From the human T2T-CHM13v2.0 reference genome, Homo sapiens, in assembly GCF_009914755.1 (NCBI RefSeq), contig NC_060940.1: a stretch of DNA of 64,000 bases. One strand, written 5' to 3'. The translations under genes were made by a program, and so were the position numbers. Positions 32,275 to 46,892 of this stretch are shown in pieces. Numbering within the stretch: position 1 is the stretch's first letter; every line of letters starts with the position of its first letter. The notes under the pieces are model-generated. The model was not told where the DNA came from, searched no databases, and was given only the letters and a program-made list of their open reading frames with translations.

Positions 32275-33987
32275 TCACTGTGAAGACTTCAGTGCAGAAC
32301 CTGAATAATAAATTTCAGGTTTTGATGTAACTATTACTGCCTGTGAAGAATCCTTTGATGATAATTGAAACCACTGGGCAACAATCTGCTTTATAGCACT
32401 GACAAATAACAGTTTCCTAAGGCTTATCATTTAAGGTTAGTAAAGAGAGGACACATATTTACTCCATATGTTCCTGAAACGCAATTTTTAACGCATGACC
32501 TTATATAGGAATGCTGTACGCACTTAAGTGTAGTTACAGATTGTGGATGTGGTGGGTTATATCTGCAATCCACAGTAAGTTAAAACTTTTGAAAAGTGTG
32601 TTAAGACTGTGCAGCATTTAGGTAATATATTGTTTTCAGTTTCTCCAGGATTAAGACACACTATAAATATAAAAATGTTAGAATGCATAAATGCACACAT
32701 ATAAAGCCCAATGAAAAATTCAAAAGAAACCAAAATGCACCAATACATGTTGCTTAGTGCTCAAGAAACACTTGTGTTTAATGGTAAAAAATAATTAGAT
32801 GCAAAAGTATCATTTTAATGCTATCTTTAAATTTGGACATAAATTGTGCTTTTGACATCTCAGGAGTTTATACCTTTGATTCTTTTAAGTTTTGATAAAA
32901 ACTGGTTAGAAAGAACAAAAGACAGAAAGGGCACATGGGGGTGATGTAATATACACGTACGGAAAACATGCCTGACAGTGAATGGAAAAATCTTGGCAGG
33001 ACAAGAAAGAAAAGGTGGCTTTGATGAGAGACACAAGTTCAAGACTTTACAAAATTGGTCGCACATCTTCAATAGCTGATTCTAGTTTATAGTGAATCTA
33101 TTTTTATAAAGACCCAGACAGGAGATTGAAAATAAAAACACACTTCATTTTTCTTTAAATGGGTTTTGCTTTATTTTAGCGTGGTTATGGACAGAAGCTT
33201 TTACTTAAGGGAACAAAAGTGAAATAAAAAAACCTTTAATAGCTTTGGGATGTCATAGAACAACCTTTTTTCTGCCCTAAGCAGAGTCCGCTGTAAATGC
33301 GGTAGTAATACATGTCTATCCACACTCTGGCTACTCGGCCTACAGCATGTGGCATCAGGGAGAGCTATGCATAACATAATCAGTTAAGATTGTTTTCTCT
33401 TTCCCTTGAGGCACATCCATTAAGCATGCTTTATAAAGGATACAGGATAATAAAAACCAAGATCCAAGAGTACCACAAACACTCTAGTAAAATAATCAAT
33501 GGATTAGTTCCTTTTCCACCTAATTCCGAGAATGATATATCACTGGGAAATTTGGCCAGGTATCACAGTCCAAGAGGGCCACGCACTCTACCTGGCCCTT
33601 TAATGAGTTTAGGGTCCTAAGCCCCACCCAATGGCCTGTGCACAAAAGTAAGGTTGTCATATGAATGAGACGTCAACCTAAATATCTGAATTTTCTGTTA
33701 CAGAGAGACTTTCACACAGAGATGTAGATTACATTCAAAAGAAAGACACAGATTTAATATAAAAAGGCAGTTGACACCCAGGTAAAAATAAATGACCCTA
33801 ATTTTTAAGGCAGGGTATCTTTAAATTCTTCAAATGATATTCAAATAAACTTTGTCAAGAAACATGATTGCATCTGTTTGTCTCGTAATAGCCATACATT
33901 CCATTTGCTGGATTTGATTATTTTATCATATTAATGAATCATACGTGATCTGGCAAAGTCTGAGTGCTTATTTAAAAAGGTAGTTTT

Positions 33988-34337
<350 letters not shown>

Positions 34338-34347
34338 CTATTTACTT

Positions 34348-34657
<310 letters not shown>

Positions 34658-35982
34658 TAAAAGATAAATTTAAAGACAGTTCTACCCATGTATCTAGGTC
34701 ACAGTCAGTGGTGTGAGATCGAGAGGCATTTAGAGCTTTTGGGTCATAGTGTTCATTGGATCATTATTCTCGTAGCTAAAGTAAAACGAACTTTCAGGAG
34801 GTTAAATGGCTTGAACATACATACCACAGGCTAGTGGCAGAGAGATAACAGAATGCATACATACAACTTGATTCCTAGCTCAGTCCTTTTCCCATTAAAC
34901 TACATGGCTCATTATTCAGTTGTTTTTTATTTTCTGGCTATGACAAATTACTAATGAGGTCAAGGATGTGAATTCGATTCTTTTACTGACCAATTAGGCT
35001 TACAAAGAAAAAAATTGTTAGGTGGTCATAGCAGACTACATGCCTCATTCTGACTGGCTGATGTGTGTGGGATAATGGTCAGAAAAGGAATCAGGCAAGT
35101 GAGTCACAAATCTTGAAAACAGCCATCATCATGACTAAAACCCAACTCAAAGTAAAAGGCCTGCACATAGCATGCCAGTGGGTTGTTGAAGTCCACAGAG
35201 TAGAAACTGAACTGGAACCACCTCCTTAGGATGGATTCTAAGCAGAAAAACCCTATTTTCATTCTTCAATGGTTGTCTCACCTTTTCTTTGAACCTAGAA
35301 CATAAATATGAATACAGACCTGCTCATGATTACACATCTGAACACACTTTGTTTTTAATGCCTTCCCCTCAGAAAATAGGCACAGCATTTCTGAATAAAA
35401 AAGAATGAAAGAGTATCTACTCTTAAGAAATCATTTTTGCCAAGATTTTTTGCACATAAATCAAAAGTGACAATACTGTTTCTTCAGAAACAGTAGAGAC
35501 TCTTTGAAATCAATATAGAATCTAGTATAACCCAAGCAAAGTTAAATATGTTCCAGAGACTGAAGTGATGTTTTCATTAGTAAACCCCAAATCTTAAGGG
35601 AATGTGCATTCTAACAAGTTAGAATAGTTAGTTACTTTTTAAAACTTTCATTTTAAAATCAAGACATTTAAAAAACAGATGCTTTGGCCATTTGCTTATT
35701 AAACTATAAATATTAAACCAAAAGTTATTTATAGGTATGATATACTAACGGCACTCTATTAGCTTTTTTCATTTAAATAGCAAATTCAGACATAATAAAC
35801 ACTCATAATCTTTTTGGTTTATTATTCTAGTTTGCAAGATTTTCCATTTTTAAAAATTGTACTTATTTACATCCTGCCTTGTTCCAAACAAGATTCAAGG
35901 TGGGGTATTCAATTAAGTTTATAAAATACCATACCCTCCAAATTTTACTGAGTCAAGAAAAAAAGCTAAAAGCTTTTTATCA

Positions 35983-36195
<213 letters not shown>

Positions 36196-36746
36196 TTAAT
36201 ATAATCTCTGATGCACTCATCTGAGATTTTTTCCTTTGTGACCTACAGTTAAGATTGCTTTAGAAAATGTTGTACCATTGTTTACATCAATTATTTAAGG
36301 TGAGAATAAAAATCTTTGCTATTAATACTTTATATACAGTTTTAGGAATTTGAATAACAATAGTATCCATTCAAAAATGTATTCAAGTGCCGTTCTTTAA
36401 GAATATAAGATGGAATTCTGATTCAATAAAGACTTTTGAATTTACCTGCTGAATGTTGTGACAACTAAAAGAGTATCCGAAGCTTATTTTTTTACAAAGG
36501 CAAGAGTAAGAGTAATTTGGTAAACATAATATAACTAAGATATTTTTCTGTGCTATGAGTGTCTTAGAAAACAAACTATAAAAGTTGTAAGACCAAATCA
36601 AAAAACCCCTAAATTTAAAAATTTTCATTTAAAAGCTTCACAAATAATTTCTCTTTACACTACCTTATATAAATTTTAAGAACGTTTATACTCTTTAGCA
36701 TGTGTTTATGATTTCTTTTTACAGACGCTTAAATTTGGTATTTTCC

Positions 36747-37140
<394 letters not shown>

Positions 37141-37148
37141 TTATCAAT

Positions 37149-39243
37149 CTCCCTCTCCCTCTCCCTCTCCCCACGGTCTCCCTCTCCCCACGGTCTCCCT
37201 CTCCCTCTCCCTCTCTTTCCACGGTCTCCCTCTGATGCCAAGCCGAAGCTGGACTGTGCTGCTGCCATCTCGGCTCACTGCAACCTCCCTGCCTGATTCT
37301 CCTGCCTCAGCCTGCCGAGTGCCTGCGATTGCAGGCGCACGCCGCCACGCCTGGCTGGTTTTCGTATTTTTTTGGTGGAGACGGGGTTTCGCTGTGTTGG
37401 CCGGGCTGGTCTCCAGCTCCTGACCGCGAGTGATCCACCAGCCTCGGCCTCTGGAGGTGCCGGGATTGCAGACGGTGTCTGGTTCACTCAGTGCTCAATG
37501 GTGCCCAGGCTGGAGTGCAGTGGCGTGATCTCGGCTCGCTACAACCTCCACCTCCCAGCCGCCTGCCTTGGCCTCCCAAAGTGCCCAGAGTGCAGCCTCT
37601 GCCCGGCCGCCACCCCGTCTAGGAAGTGAGGAGCGTCTCTGCCTGGCCGCCCATCGTCTGGGATGTGAAGAGCCCCTCTGCCTGGCTGCCCAGTCTGGAA
37701 AGTGAGGAGCGTCTCTGCCCGGCCGCCATCCCATCTAGGAAGTGAGGAGCGCCTCTTCCCGGCCGCCATCCCATCTAGGAAGTGAGGAGCGTCTCTGCCC
37801 GGCCGCCCATCGTCTGAGATGTGGGGAGCGCCTTTGCCCTGCCGCCCCGTCTGGGATGTGAGGAGTGCCTCTGCCCGGCCGCAACCCTGTCTGGGAGGTG
37901 AGGAGCATCTCTGCCCAGCCACCCCATCTGAGAAGGGAGGAGACCCTCCGCCCGGCAACCGCCCCGTCTGAGAAGTGAGGAGCCCCTCCGCCCGGCAGCC
38001 GCCCCGTCTGAGAAGTGAGGAGCCCCTCCGCCCGGCAGCCACCCCGTCTGGGAAGTGAGGAGCCTCTCCGCCCGGCAGCCGACCCATCCGGGAGGGAGGT
38101 GGGTGGTCAGCCCCCGCCAGGCCAGCCGCCCCGTCCGGGAGGGAGGTGGGGGGGTCAGCCCCCCGCCCGGCCAGCCACCCCGTCCGGGAGGGAGGTGGGG
38201 GGTCAGCCCCCCGCCCGGCCAGCCGTCCTGTCTGGGAGATGAGGGGCGCCTCTGCCCGGCCACTCCTACTGGGAAGTGAGGGGCCTCTCTGCCCGGCCAG
38301 CCGCCCCGTCCAGGAGGGAGGTTGGGGGGTCAGCCTCCCGCCCGGCCAGCCGCCCCGTCTGGGAGGGAGGTGGGGGGGTCAGCCCCCCGCCCGGCCAGCC
38401 GCCTCGTCCAGGAGGTGAGGGGCGCCTCTGCCCGGCCGCCCCTACTGGGAAGTGAGGAGCCCCTCTGCCCGGCCAGCCGCCCCGTCGGGAGGGAGGTGGG
38501 GGGGTCAGCCCCCCGCCCGGCCAGCCGCACCGTCCGGGAGGGAGGTGGGGGGGTCAGCACCCCGCCCGGCCAGCCGCCCCGTCTGGGAGGGAGGTGGGGG
38601 GGTCAGCCCCCCACCCGGCCAGCCGCCTCGTCCGGGAGGTGAGGGGCGCCTCTGCCCGGCCGCCCCTACTGGGAAGTGAGGACCCCTCTGCCCAGCCACC
38701 ACCCCGTCTGGGAGGTGTGCCCAACAGCTCATTGAGAATGGGCCATGATGACAATGGTGGTTTTGTGGAATAGAAAGCGGGGAAAGGTGGGGAAAAGATT
38801 GAGAAATCGGATGGTTGCCGTGTCTGTGTGGAAAGAAGTAGACATGGGAGACTTTTCATTTTGTTCTGTACTAAGAAAAATTCTTCTGCCTTGGGATCCT
38901 GTTGATCTGTGACCTTACCCCGCAACCCTGTGCTCTCTGAAACATGTGCTGTGTCCACTCAGGGTTAAATGGATTAAGGGCAGTGCAAGATGTGCTTTGT
39001 TAAACAGATGCTTGAAGGCAGCATGCTCGTTAAGAGTCATCACCACTCCCTAATCTCAAGTACCCAGGGACACAAACACTGAGGAAGGCCTCAGGGTCCT
39101 CTGCCTAGGAAAACCAGAGACCTTTGTTCACTTGTTTATCTGCTGACCTTCCCTCCACTATTGTCCTATGACCCTGCCAAATCCCCCTCTGTGAGAAACA
39201 CCCAAGAATGATCAATAAAAAAAAAAAAAAAAAAAAAAAAAAA
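37149..39243 (+). mobile_element. Full-length SVA retrotransposon (probably SVA_D-like), antisense within RPGRIP1L intron 2
   Basis: (CCCTCT)n head, antisense Alu-like domain about 37235-37595, GC-rich VNTR about 37600-38720, SINE-R to about 39212, AATAAA 39214-39219, poly-A. Confidence 0.97.
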
Positions 39244-39495
39244 TTGGTATTTTCCATATCATTGTGAAGAAGGTCGATTTTCAACAATTCTCCAATAGAA
39301 ACAAAGAACAACTGATAGAGACTAAGGTCCTGTGATAGGTTACTGAGCACAAGAATTGAACTTATAGAGTATCAAAACCCAATAAATCACTTTGCACACT
39401 TACAAGTTATTTGTATAATACTTGATACTCCCTGAAAGATCTGCAGAGCAAAGCTTACACATACTTTTTACTTCTAACAATAAAATCTGTGTAGC

Positions 39496-39747
<252 letters not shown>

Positions 39748-40442
39748 TTACACTGTTCTGATTGAAAAGTGTATGTAGATTCCTAAATGGAATGTATCTT
39801 AAATCCCTAGCCTTCTCAGGCTAGAGGGGGATTTTACGTTTTCTATGAGCTGTTGATAATCGATACATGCATGACAGCATAGCTGACACAATGGACACAC
39901 AAAGATAAACACAGCTCTCTGTTCTAAATTGTTCTTTAAAGTAGTGCTTTTCTTTCTCAATTTGAAAGTGCTTTTTAGCTCTACAGCAACTACTAAGTGA
40001 TAAAAGGATAAAGAAAACCTTTAATCCATATTAATTCGATAAAAAAGTCACTATCATGTGAGATATTCCACTTAAAAGGCAAAACACTTAAAATACGGCC
40101 TTTCCTCCCATATAAAATTTAAACACAAAGAAATGTTTTAACACTGAATGTAATTTAAACCAGGCAATTCAGTTTGGAGGCTTGATACTCTCTATGTAGT
40201 TTCTACTGATGTGAGGAATTTTAAAAAGATGATTTATGTTAATTCTTTATCAGAACAGAGGGGGGACTGTACATTTTCTATGAGCTGTTGATAACTGATG
40301 CATGTAGTAAAATACCATATGTGTTCTAAACTCTCCATCTTTTTGTTTAGTCCAATCAAGGACTATATAGTTACTTAAATGGTTTGGTTTGTATGAGTAT
40401 AAGAAATACTTTAAATTAAAAGTAGTCAGTGATCAAAGTTCA

Positions 40443-40559
<117 letters not shown>

Positions 40560-41899
40560 CTAGCTGTGGAAAAAAGAAAATTCAAATAAACTCTTTCCAA
40601 ATTATTACATTAACTATGCAATGGAATGAACCAAATAAAACGAAAAAGGGACTAGAACTTTAATGGGCATCTTATTGTCCACATGTGCTGCTTGGAGAAG
40701 ATGAAAGCTTCTATTCTAATAGTACTACTACATTCAGTCATGGAGACAGTGTTCCTTTCAACAGTGTATTTCCTATAGTTTGCTTAGGAAATGAAGTAAG
40801 ATTATCATTTAAGAAATACCTCCTCTCCATCCCTTTCCTCTCCCCAGCCTCCAAAAGAAAGCAGATATCTTGGAAAAAACTCAGGTCAGGAACTTGATTC
40901 AAATGGTTGCTCTATCATTAACAAACTAGTCAAGCCACCTAAACTCTCTGAGTTTCAGTCTCTCAGTTTTAAAAATGGAGAAAATAATACCTATCTCAGA
41001 GAGTTATTCTAAGGGTAAATGGGATGAGTAAATTAAAAGCACTGATCACATGTGCCTGGGATGTCAATATTACTCAAATATTGTCTGCTTGATGTACAAA
41101 TGAGTGGGCAGTTCTGTGCATTTTGTGAGTTTTGTGAAAGAGGTTTCGTTGCATAAATTTACCAACTGGGTTTGTGTTTTTTTGTGTGTGTGTCTTGCCT
41201 TTGTTGCCATGAGGCCTAGGTCTCACCCAGGGTTCAACTACTTCAACATATAGGCTCTCTAGCTAATTCTAGTATTTTTGTAGTTTCTATTCTTTACAGA
41301 AATGCACCATAGTAACTCTATTTTGAGTATGGATGTGAGTGGTCCACACAATATCTAGTATGCAAAAATAAAGGATTTTATATTTTCATTTCAATCTACC
41401 TAGTAAGCTACATGCAAACTGTGAATGAAGATACTCTAAAGGGCAGAGTTCTTAAGCTCTAGGATATTGGTTCTAGAATGTAAAGACCAAGACAGTAGCA
41501 AGCTTCATTGTCTTGTTCAGCTCTGTATTCTTGGAGGCTAGCATAGAGCGTGGTGCATTCTGAGAGCAGGCATTCATTAAATAGTTGTTGAGTGAGTGAA
41601 TGGAGTCCATGGGGTTTCAGGGTCTGTGAACCCAGAGATGGTTTACCAAATTTTGTATGTATATGTATATATGCAATATCTTTTAAAGAGGGTTCATAAC
41701 TTTTATTACAACTCGCAAATGGTGGAGAACCATTGCATTTTGCTTTTACAGAAACAGCTAACAGACAAATCCTTGGGAGATCATCTACTTCTTTTGGAAG
41801 TACTCCTATAGAAAAGGTCAATTTTTAGGATCCTGTTGACACATAGGCCCGTGTATGAAAATGATTAGTTTTCCATGACAGAGTTAAGGTCACTTTAAA

Positions 41900-42095
41900 A
41901 ATAATAATGATGATGATGATGATGATGGTGTTAACATTCATTGAACGCTTACTATGTGCCAGGTACTGTTCTAAGTGTTCTGTTATAGGAATGAAGTGTC
42001 TCACCATATCCTTGTGAGGCTGTTACTCAAATGATTCCTGCTTTACAAATGAGGAAGCTGAGACACAGATTAGTTAACTCACTTAAGGTGGTAGT
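41900..42095 (-). mobile_element. MIR with (ATG)n tract
   Basis: ttacaaatgaggaagctgagacacag core. Confidence 0.7.
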
Positions 42096-42112
42096 TGAAA
42101 GTATTAATAGTT

Positions 42113-42278
42113 GTGTCTGGTGATATTTTTGGTTGTCACAACAAGGAAGCGGGATGCTACTGGCATCTAGTGAGTAGAGGCCATGGATGATGCTAAATAT
42201 CTTACAGTGCTTAGGAGACATAATAATGAATTATCCAGCCCAAAATGTTAATAATAGTGTAGAAGCTGAAAAACCCTG
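42113..42278. mobile_element. MER20 DNA transposon fragment
   Basis: tttttggttgtcacaac...gctactggcatctagtgagtagaggcca...gaaaaaccctg. Confidence 0.85.
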
Positions 42279-42506
42279 CACAATGCTGCAATGCCTCTCC
42301 AACACCATCTTATGTTATCCTTCTTTGCTCACTATGCTTCACTTACATTATTCTTTACTTTCCTCGAACCCCCCATACCCTTGTCTTGCTCAAGGCCTTT
42401 GTATTAGCTGGTTCCTTAATCTTTGGAGCTCAGTTCACTTCCTCAGACAGGTTTTCCCTGACCATCCTATGTTAGAGTAGTCTTCCTTACATTTCTTCAC
42501 TGTTTA

Positions 42507-42650
42507 TTTCTTTTCTTTTCTTTTTTTTTTTTTTGAGACAGGGTCTTGCTATGTTGCCCGGGCTGGCCTTGAATTCATGGGTTCAAGTGATCCTCCCACC
42601 TCAGCCTCCCGAGTAGCTGGAACTACATGTGCGTGCCACCAAGCATGGCT
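42507..42650 (-). mobile_element. FLAM / Alu left monomer
   Basis: Poly-T then left-arm sequence. Confidence 0.85.
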
Positions 42651-42819
42651 TGTATCTCTTATAGCAACTGCCTCTATCTGAAGTTATCAGATAAAATTAT
42701 TGTTTGTCTCCACTAAAAAAGGATAAACATCTTGAGACGGGTATTAGTCTTGTTCACAACCGTTCAGGAACAGTGCCTGGTACAGGGTGGGAACCAACAT
42801 TAATATTTATTGAATGATT

Positions 42820-43127
<308 letters not shown>

Positions 43128-43635
43128 AATATTTATTGAATGAATAAATGAATATCAGGTACTGAGATTAAAATGGCAAGCAAAACCCCCGCCTTTATGA
43201 AGCTAGCAAGTTATGGAGGTAATCACATGATAAACAAATAATATATAATTAAGCAAACAATAGACCACTCAGGAGGTTTAGGGTCTACCAACCAACTCCT
43301 AATCCAGGGCAAATGAGCAAACTGTGTTAGGGACCTACAACTTGCAGGATCTGGATAGAGATGGCAATTAGCAGCATCAACTCTCACCTTCATGGCTGGG
43401 ATATAACATTTCAAATTGGTCCTGGACGTGGGGATAAAGGGCGGCCTGTGATTCAGGCCTGAGGATGTGGAGGTGTCTTGGGCTGGGCTGCTTTCACGCC
43501 AGCAGAACTCCAGGGCCAACTCCAGGGCCTTCTCCAGGCGGCAGAGCGGACCCTAGGACCCCGGCCCGCGCTGCAGTGGGGAGGGTCAGCAACCTCCACC
43601 CACCCTCATCCTCCCCCATCCTCCCGGGTACTCAC

Positions 43636-43700
43636 CGTGCCACTGGCCCTGCAGCTAGCTACCGTTGCTATAGCGCCGACAGCGTGGCGGGCGGCTGGCC
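43636..43700 (-). other. RPGRIP1L: RPGRIP1L non-coding exon 1 (5' end approximate)
   Basis: CACG|gtgagt donor at 43635 inside the CpG island; TSS cannot be fixed from sequence. Confidence 0.8.
43664..43677. promoter_or_regulatory. RFX X-box-like site GTTGCTATAGCGCC
   Basis: 12/14 match to the palindrome GTTGCTATAGCAAC, in exon 1 of a ciliary gene. Confidence 0.55.
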
Positions 43701-43736
43701 GAGAGGAGCACGGGAGAAACATGGCAGGCTCCCGTA

Positions 43737-43755
43737 GCCTCCTGGGAAATGTAGT
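43737..43755 (-). promoter_or_regulatory. ZNF143/THAP11(Ronin)-HCFC1 motif ACTACATTTCCCAGGAGGC
   Basis: Matches ACTACAnnTCCCA consensus. Confidence 0.75.
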
Positions 43756-43870
43756 TCTCCTTGGACTCTAGCCTGTTTGCTCGCGGGGTAGCGGACTACG
43801 CTCTTCCAGCTGTCGGACCTGGGAAATTCTCCTGTGCTAAATCCCGTGGCGCTCGCGGGTGTCGCCGCGG

Positions 43871-43890
43871 TGCATCCTGGGAGTTGTAGT
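43871..43890 (-). promoter_or_regulatory. ZNF143/THAP11 motif ACTACAACTCCCAGGATGCA
   Basis: Matches ACTACAnnTCCCAnnATGCA. Confidence 0.8.
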
Positions 43891-44017
43891 TTTTTCTACT
43901 CAGAGGGAGAATAGCTCCAGACGGGAGCAGGACGCTGAGAGAACTACATGCAGGAGGCGGGGTCCAGGGCGAGGGATCTACGCAGCTTGCGGTGGCGAAG
44001 GCGGCTTTAGTGGCAGC

Positions 44018-44062
44018 ATGAAGCGCACCCCGACTGCCGAGGAACGAGAGCGCGAAGCTAAG
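44018..44062 (+). CDS. FTO: FTO exon 1 coding part (MKRTPTAEEREREAK), AlkB-family 2-oxoglutarate-dependent RNA demethylase; exon 2 lies outside the window
   Basis: agcATGa start, recognised N-terminus, AAG|gtatgt donor at 44063. Confidence 0.97.
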
Positions 44063-46892
44063 GTATGTCGGGCTCCCGGGGCCTGGAGATCTTCGTGCGC
44101 TGTGAGCAAGGATCAGGGAACCGGAAGGGCTTGGTTTGATGGCGAGCGGATGCGCGGTGTTAAACTAAGGGATGACAGGGCCTTGTCAGCAAGGGACCTG
44201 GAGTTATTAGAGGGGATGTTACAAATTCGTGCTCTTCAGGATGCAGGCCGAGTCTTGTTGGATCGGCTCAAAAATGAGAAGCAAGATACCCATTTCCTTG
44301 TCCTTCTTCTGCATCTATTCCTTGGTTAAATTTGTCGCCATCCCTGTGCCTCAGTTTACCGGATTCTCAGATGACTGTGATCATACCAGCTGTGCTTTCT
44401 CATAATGGTCTCTGAGGACTGAGATCGGCTTAGATGAAATATCTGTGCAGTCAGCTGTGTTTCTTTGGAACAATTGTCTCCGTGACCGGCTGATAACAGT
44501 TTGTGTCTTTTAGCGCTGTGGATATGAATCTTTAACTACATTGCTCCTCTCTACCTTTGATGTTCAGCTTCTGGTAGTTGCCATTCCATGGGATGACCAT
44601 AATAATGGCAACAGAGATTTTAAAAAGCATTTATTGTGGGTCAGGCACTGTATTAAGTGCATAATATTTAAATTATTTCATATCATTGTCACAGCAGATT
44701 GCAAGATAGATATTATACAGATGGAGTATAAATAACAGCCCAGCTTCACAGATGAAGAACTGAGGCTCAGAAGCATTGAGTGTTTTCCTTTCTCTCATTC
44801 CCAAACTCAGATCCTGTTGATTTGTCTACGTATATTGGGAATATGCCCACTTTTTTTTTTTTCATCTCCACTACCTTGGACCAAGCTACCATTATCTTTT
44901 TAATAGACTGTTGGAATAGCCTATTGATTGGCCTACACTCACTCTACACCCTAACTTAACTCTTCTTCCACCTTCTCTCCCTTCCCTCAACTACCATTCT
45001 CTTCTGCACACCATAGAGTAAGATCTTCGTGAAATGCAAATATAATTATGTCCCTTTCCTTTCTCCTTACTCTGCCAACCACCTGTTTAAAAATATTCCA
45101 TGGCTTTCTGTTGCTCTTAGGATAAAGGCAAAACTTCACATTGCCTACAAGATCCTGCATGATCTGGACCCTACCTGCTTTCACAACCCCATTGGATATG
45201 ACACTCTGCTCTCTGCCTACCAGTCACTTTGGCCTTCTTAAAAGTCACTCTTCACTATACTTTATCGGGCTTCAGGGCCTTTGCACATGTCATTTGCTGC
45301 CTACTCTATGTTAGGCAAATATTGGCAGTGAATAACAGTGTTAAATAACGTAGACACAGTTCTTGCTTTCATAGAATTTCATCTTACACGTGAGTCTGTT
45401 TAGGGCAATACACCTAAGGATTTAAAATATAAAATCTGCTCTATATTGACCTGAGTTATTGCAGTATTTCGTAAGGGACCAGAAGTTTTCATGCTTGAGT
45501 CTGCATATGATGTGGATAATATATTAAAGATAAGCACAAAGAGGGCGACCCTTCTGCTTTAGTCTACACAGTGCAAAGAAACAAATGTCACCTCATGGTG
45601 TTGTGCATGATGTCTTTCTCATCTTTCAGGTTTATTTTTAAAGTATTTCATTTATTCTGTGAAGATTTGTTGAGCACCTATTATTTGCCATACGTTGGGA
45701 TTATAATTTTGGCTGAAATAGAATCACTGCACCAAAGAAGCTCTTACTCTATTGAAACCATAACCATTGCCTGTGAGGGAGTTACTAGTGTCATCCATAT
45801 TTTAGAGATTTAGAAACTGAGACTTGTAGGTAAATCGTGACTTGCCCAAGGCCACTTGGTTGCTAGGTGAAACTAGTGCTCTGAGCCAGGTCTTCTGACT
45901 CCAAATTCAAGGCTTTTCCCATTTTCTGCTTGTGAAACATGTTGAATTAGTAGAGCAAATTGTCTTCCTTTTTTCTTTAAAAAATTGGCTGTTCATTTAA
46001 AATTTGTTTGCTTAATATTATTTGTTAGAACAAAGTATAAGTAGTTGTTTTAAATCTTAAATGTAAAGTGTCCAATGGCTCATGAATTATCTTCTCTTTT
46101 TCTAATCAATTTTATTGAGGTATAATTTACATACAGTCATTTGCAACCATTTTTGTGTACAATTTGATGCCTTTTGACAAATGTATATACCTGCAAAACC
46201 ACCACAGTTGGCATAGCGAACATTTCTCTCCTAAGTTCCCTCTCGTTAATTTGTGGTTAGTCTGTCCCTCCACCTTGGCCCCCAAACAACCACTGATATG
46301 TTTTTTGTCTCTGTAGATGCATCTGTATTTTCTAGATTTCATATAAATGGAAGCATACAGTGTATACTTTTGGGTCTTTTTTTCATTCAGCGTAATGATT
46401 TTTTTTTCAAAATAGAGATGGTGTCTTGCTGTGTTGCCCAAGTTGGTCTGGAACTCCTGGGCTGAAGCCGTCCTCCTGCCTCTGCTACCCAAAGTACTGG
46501 GATTATAGGCGTGAGCCACTGTGCCTGGCCAGCATAATGGTTTTTGAGATTAATCCATGTTGTTGTATGTATCCATAATTTGTTCCTTTTTATCGCAAAT
46601 TAGTGGCCCACTGTATGGAGATACCACATGTTGTTTATTCATTCACTTGTTGCTGGACATTAGGATTGTTTCTGGTTTTGGACTCTTATGAAAAAAGCTG
46701 TTTTTACCATTCATGTATGAGTCTTTCCATTTTCATTTCTGTCAAAAAAAGCTGCTATGACCATTCACCTAAGAGTCTTTACATTTTTATTTCTGTCGGG
46801 TAATGCCCAGGAGTAGAATTGCTTAGTTATAGGGGAGTTCTTTGTTTAACCTTATGAAGAAATTACCAGTTTTCCGAAGTGATTTGACCATT

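Larger units (their letters stand above)
43430..44280. promoter_or_regulatory. CpG island / bidirectional promoter shared by RPGRIP1L and FTO
   Basis: Only strongly CpG-rich non-repeat segment in the window; two divergent first exons. Confidence 0.92.

Noticed and set aside
32539-32570. Short hairpin GATTGTGGATGT...ATATCTGCAATC
   Set aside because: Depends on G-U pairs available only on the + strand, which is not the RPGRIP1L sense strand; short enough to be chance
37600-38720. Regularly repeated units superficially like a CRISPR array
   Set aside because: SVA VNTR; no unique spacers and no cas genes; human DNA
37235-38958. Many overlapping 70-180 aa Pro/Gly/Arg-rich ORFs on both strands
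   Set aside because: Translations of the GC-rich SVA Alu-like and VNTR domains, not genes
43859-44329. 156-aa ORF spanning FTO exon 1
   Set aside because: Starts at GTG and reads through the exon 1 donor; only 44018-44062 is supported as coding
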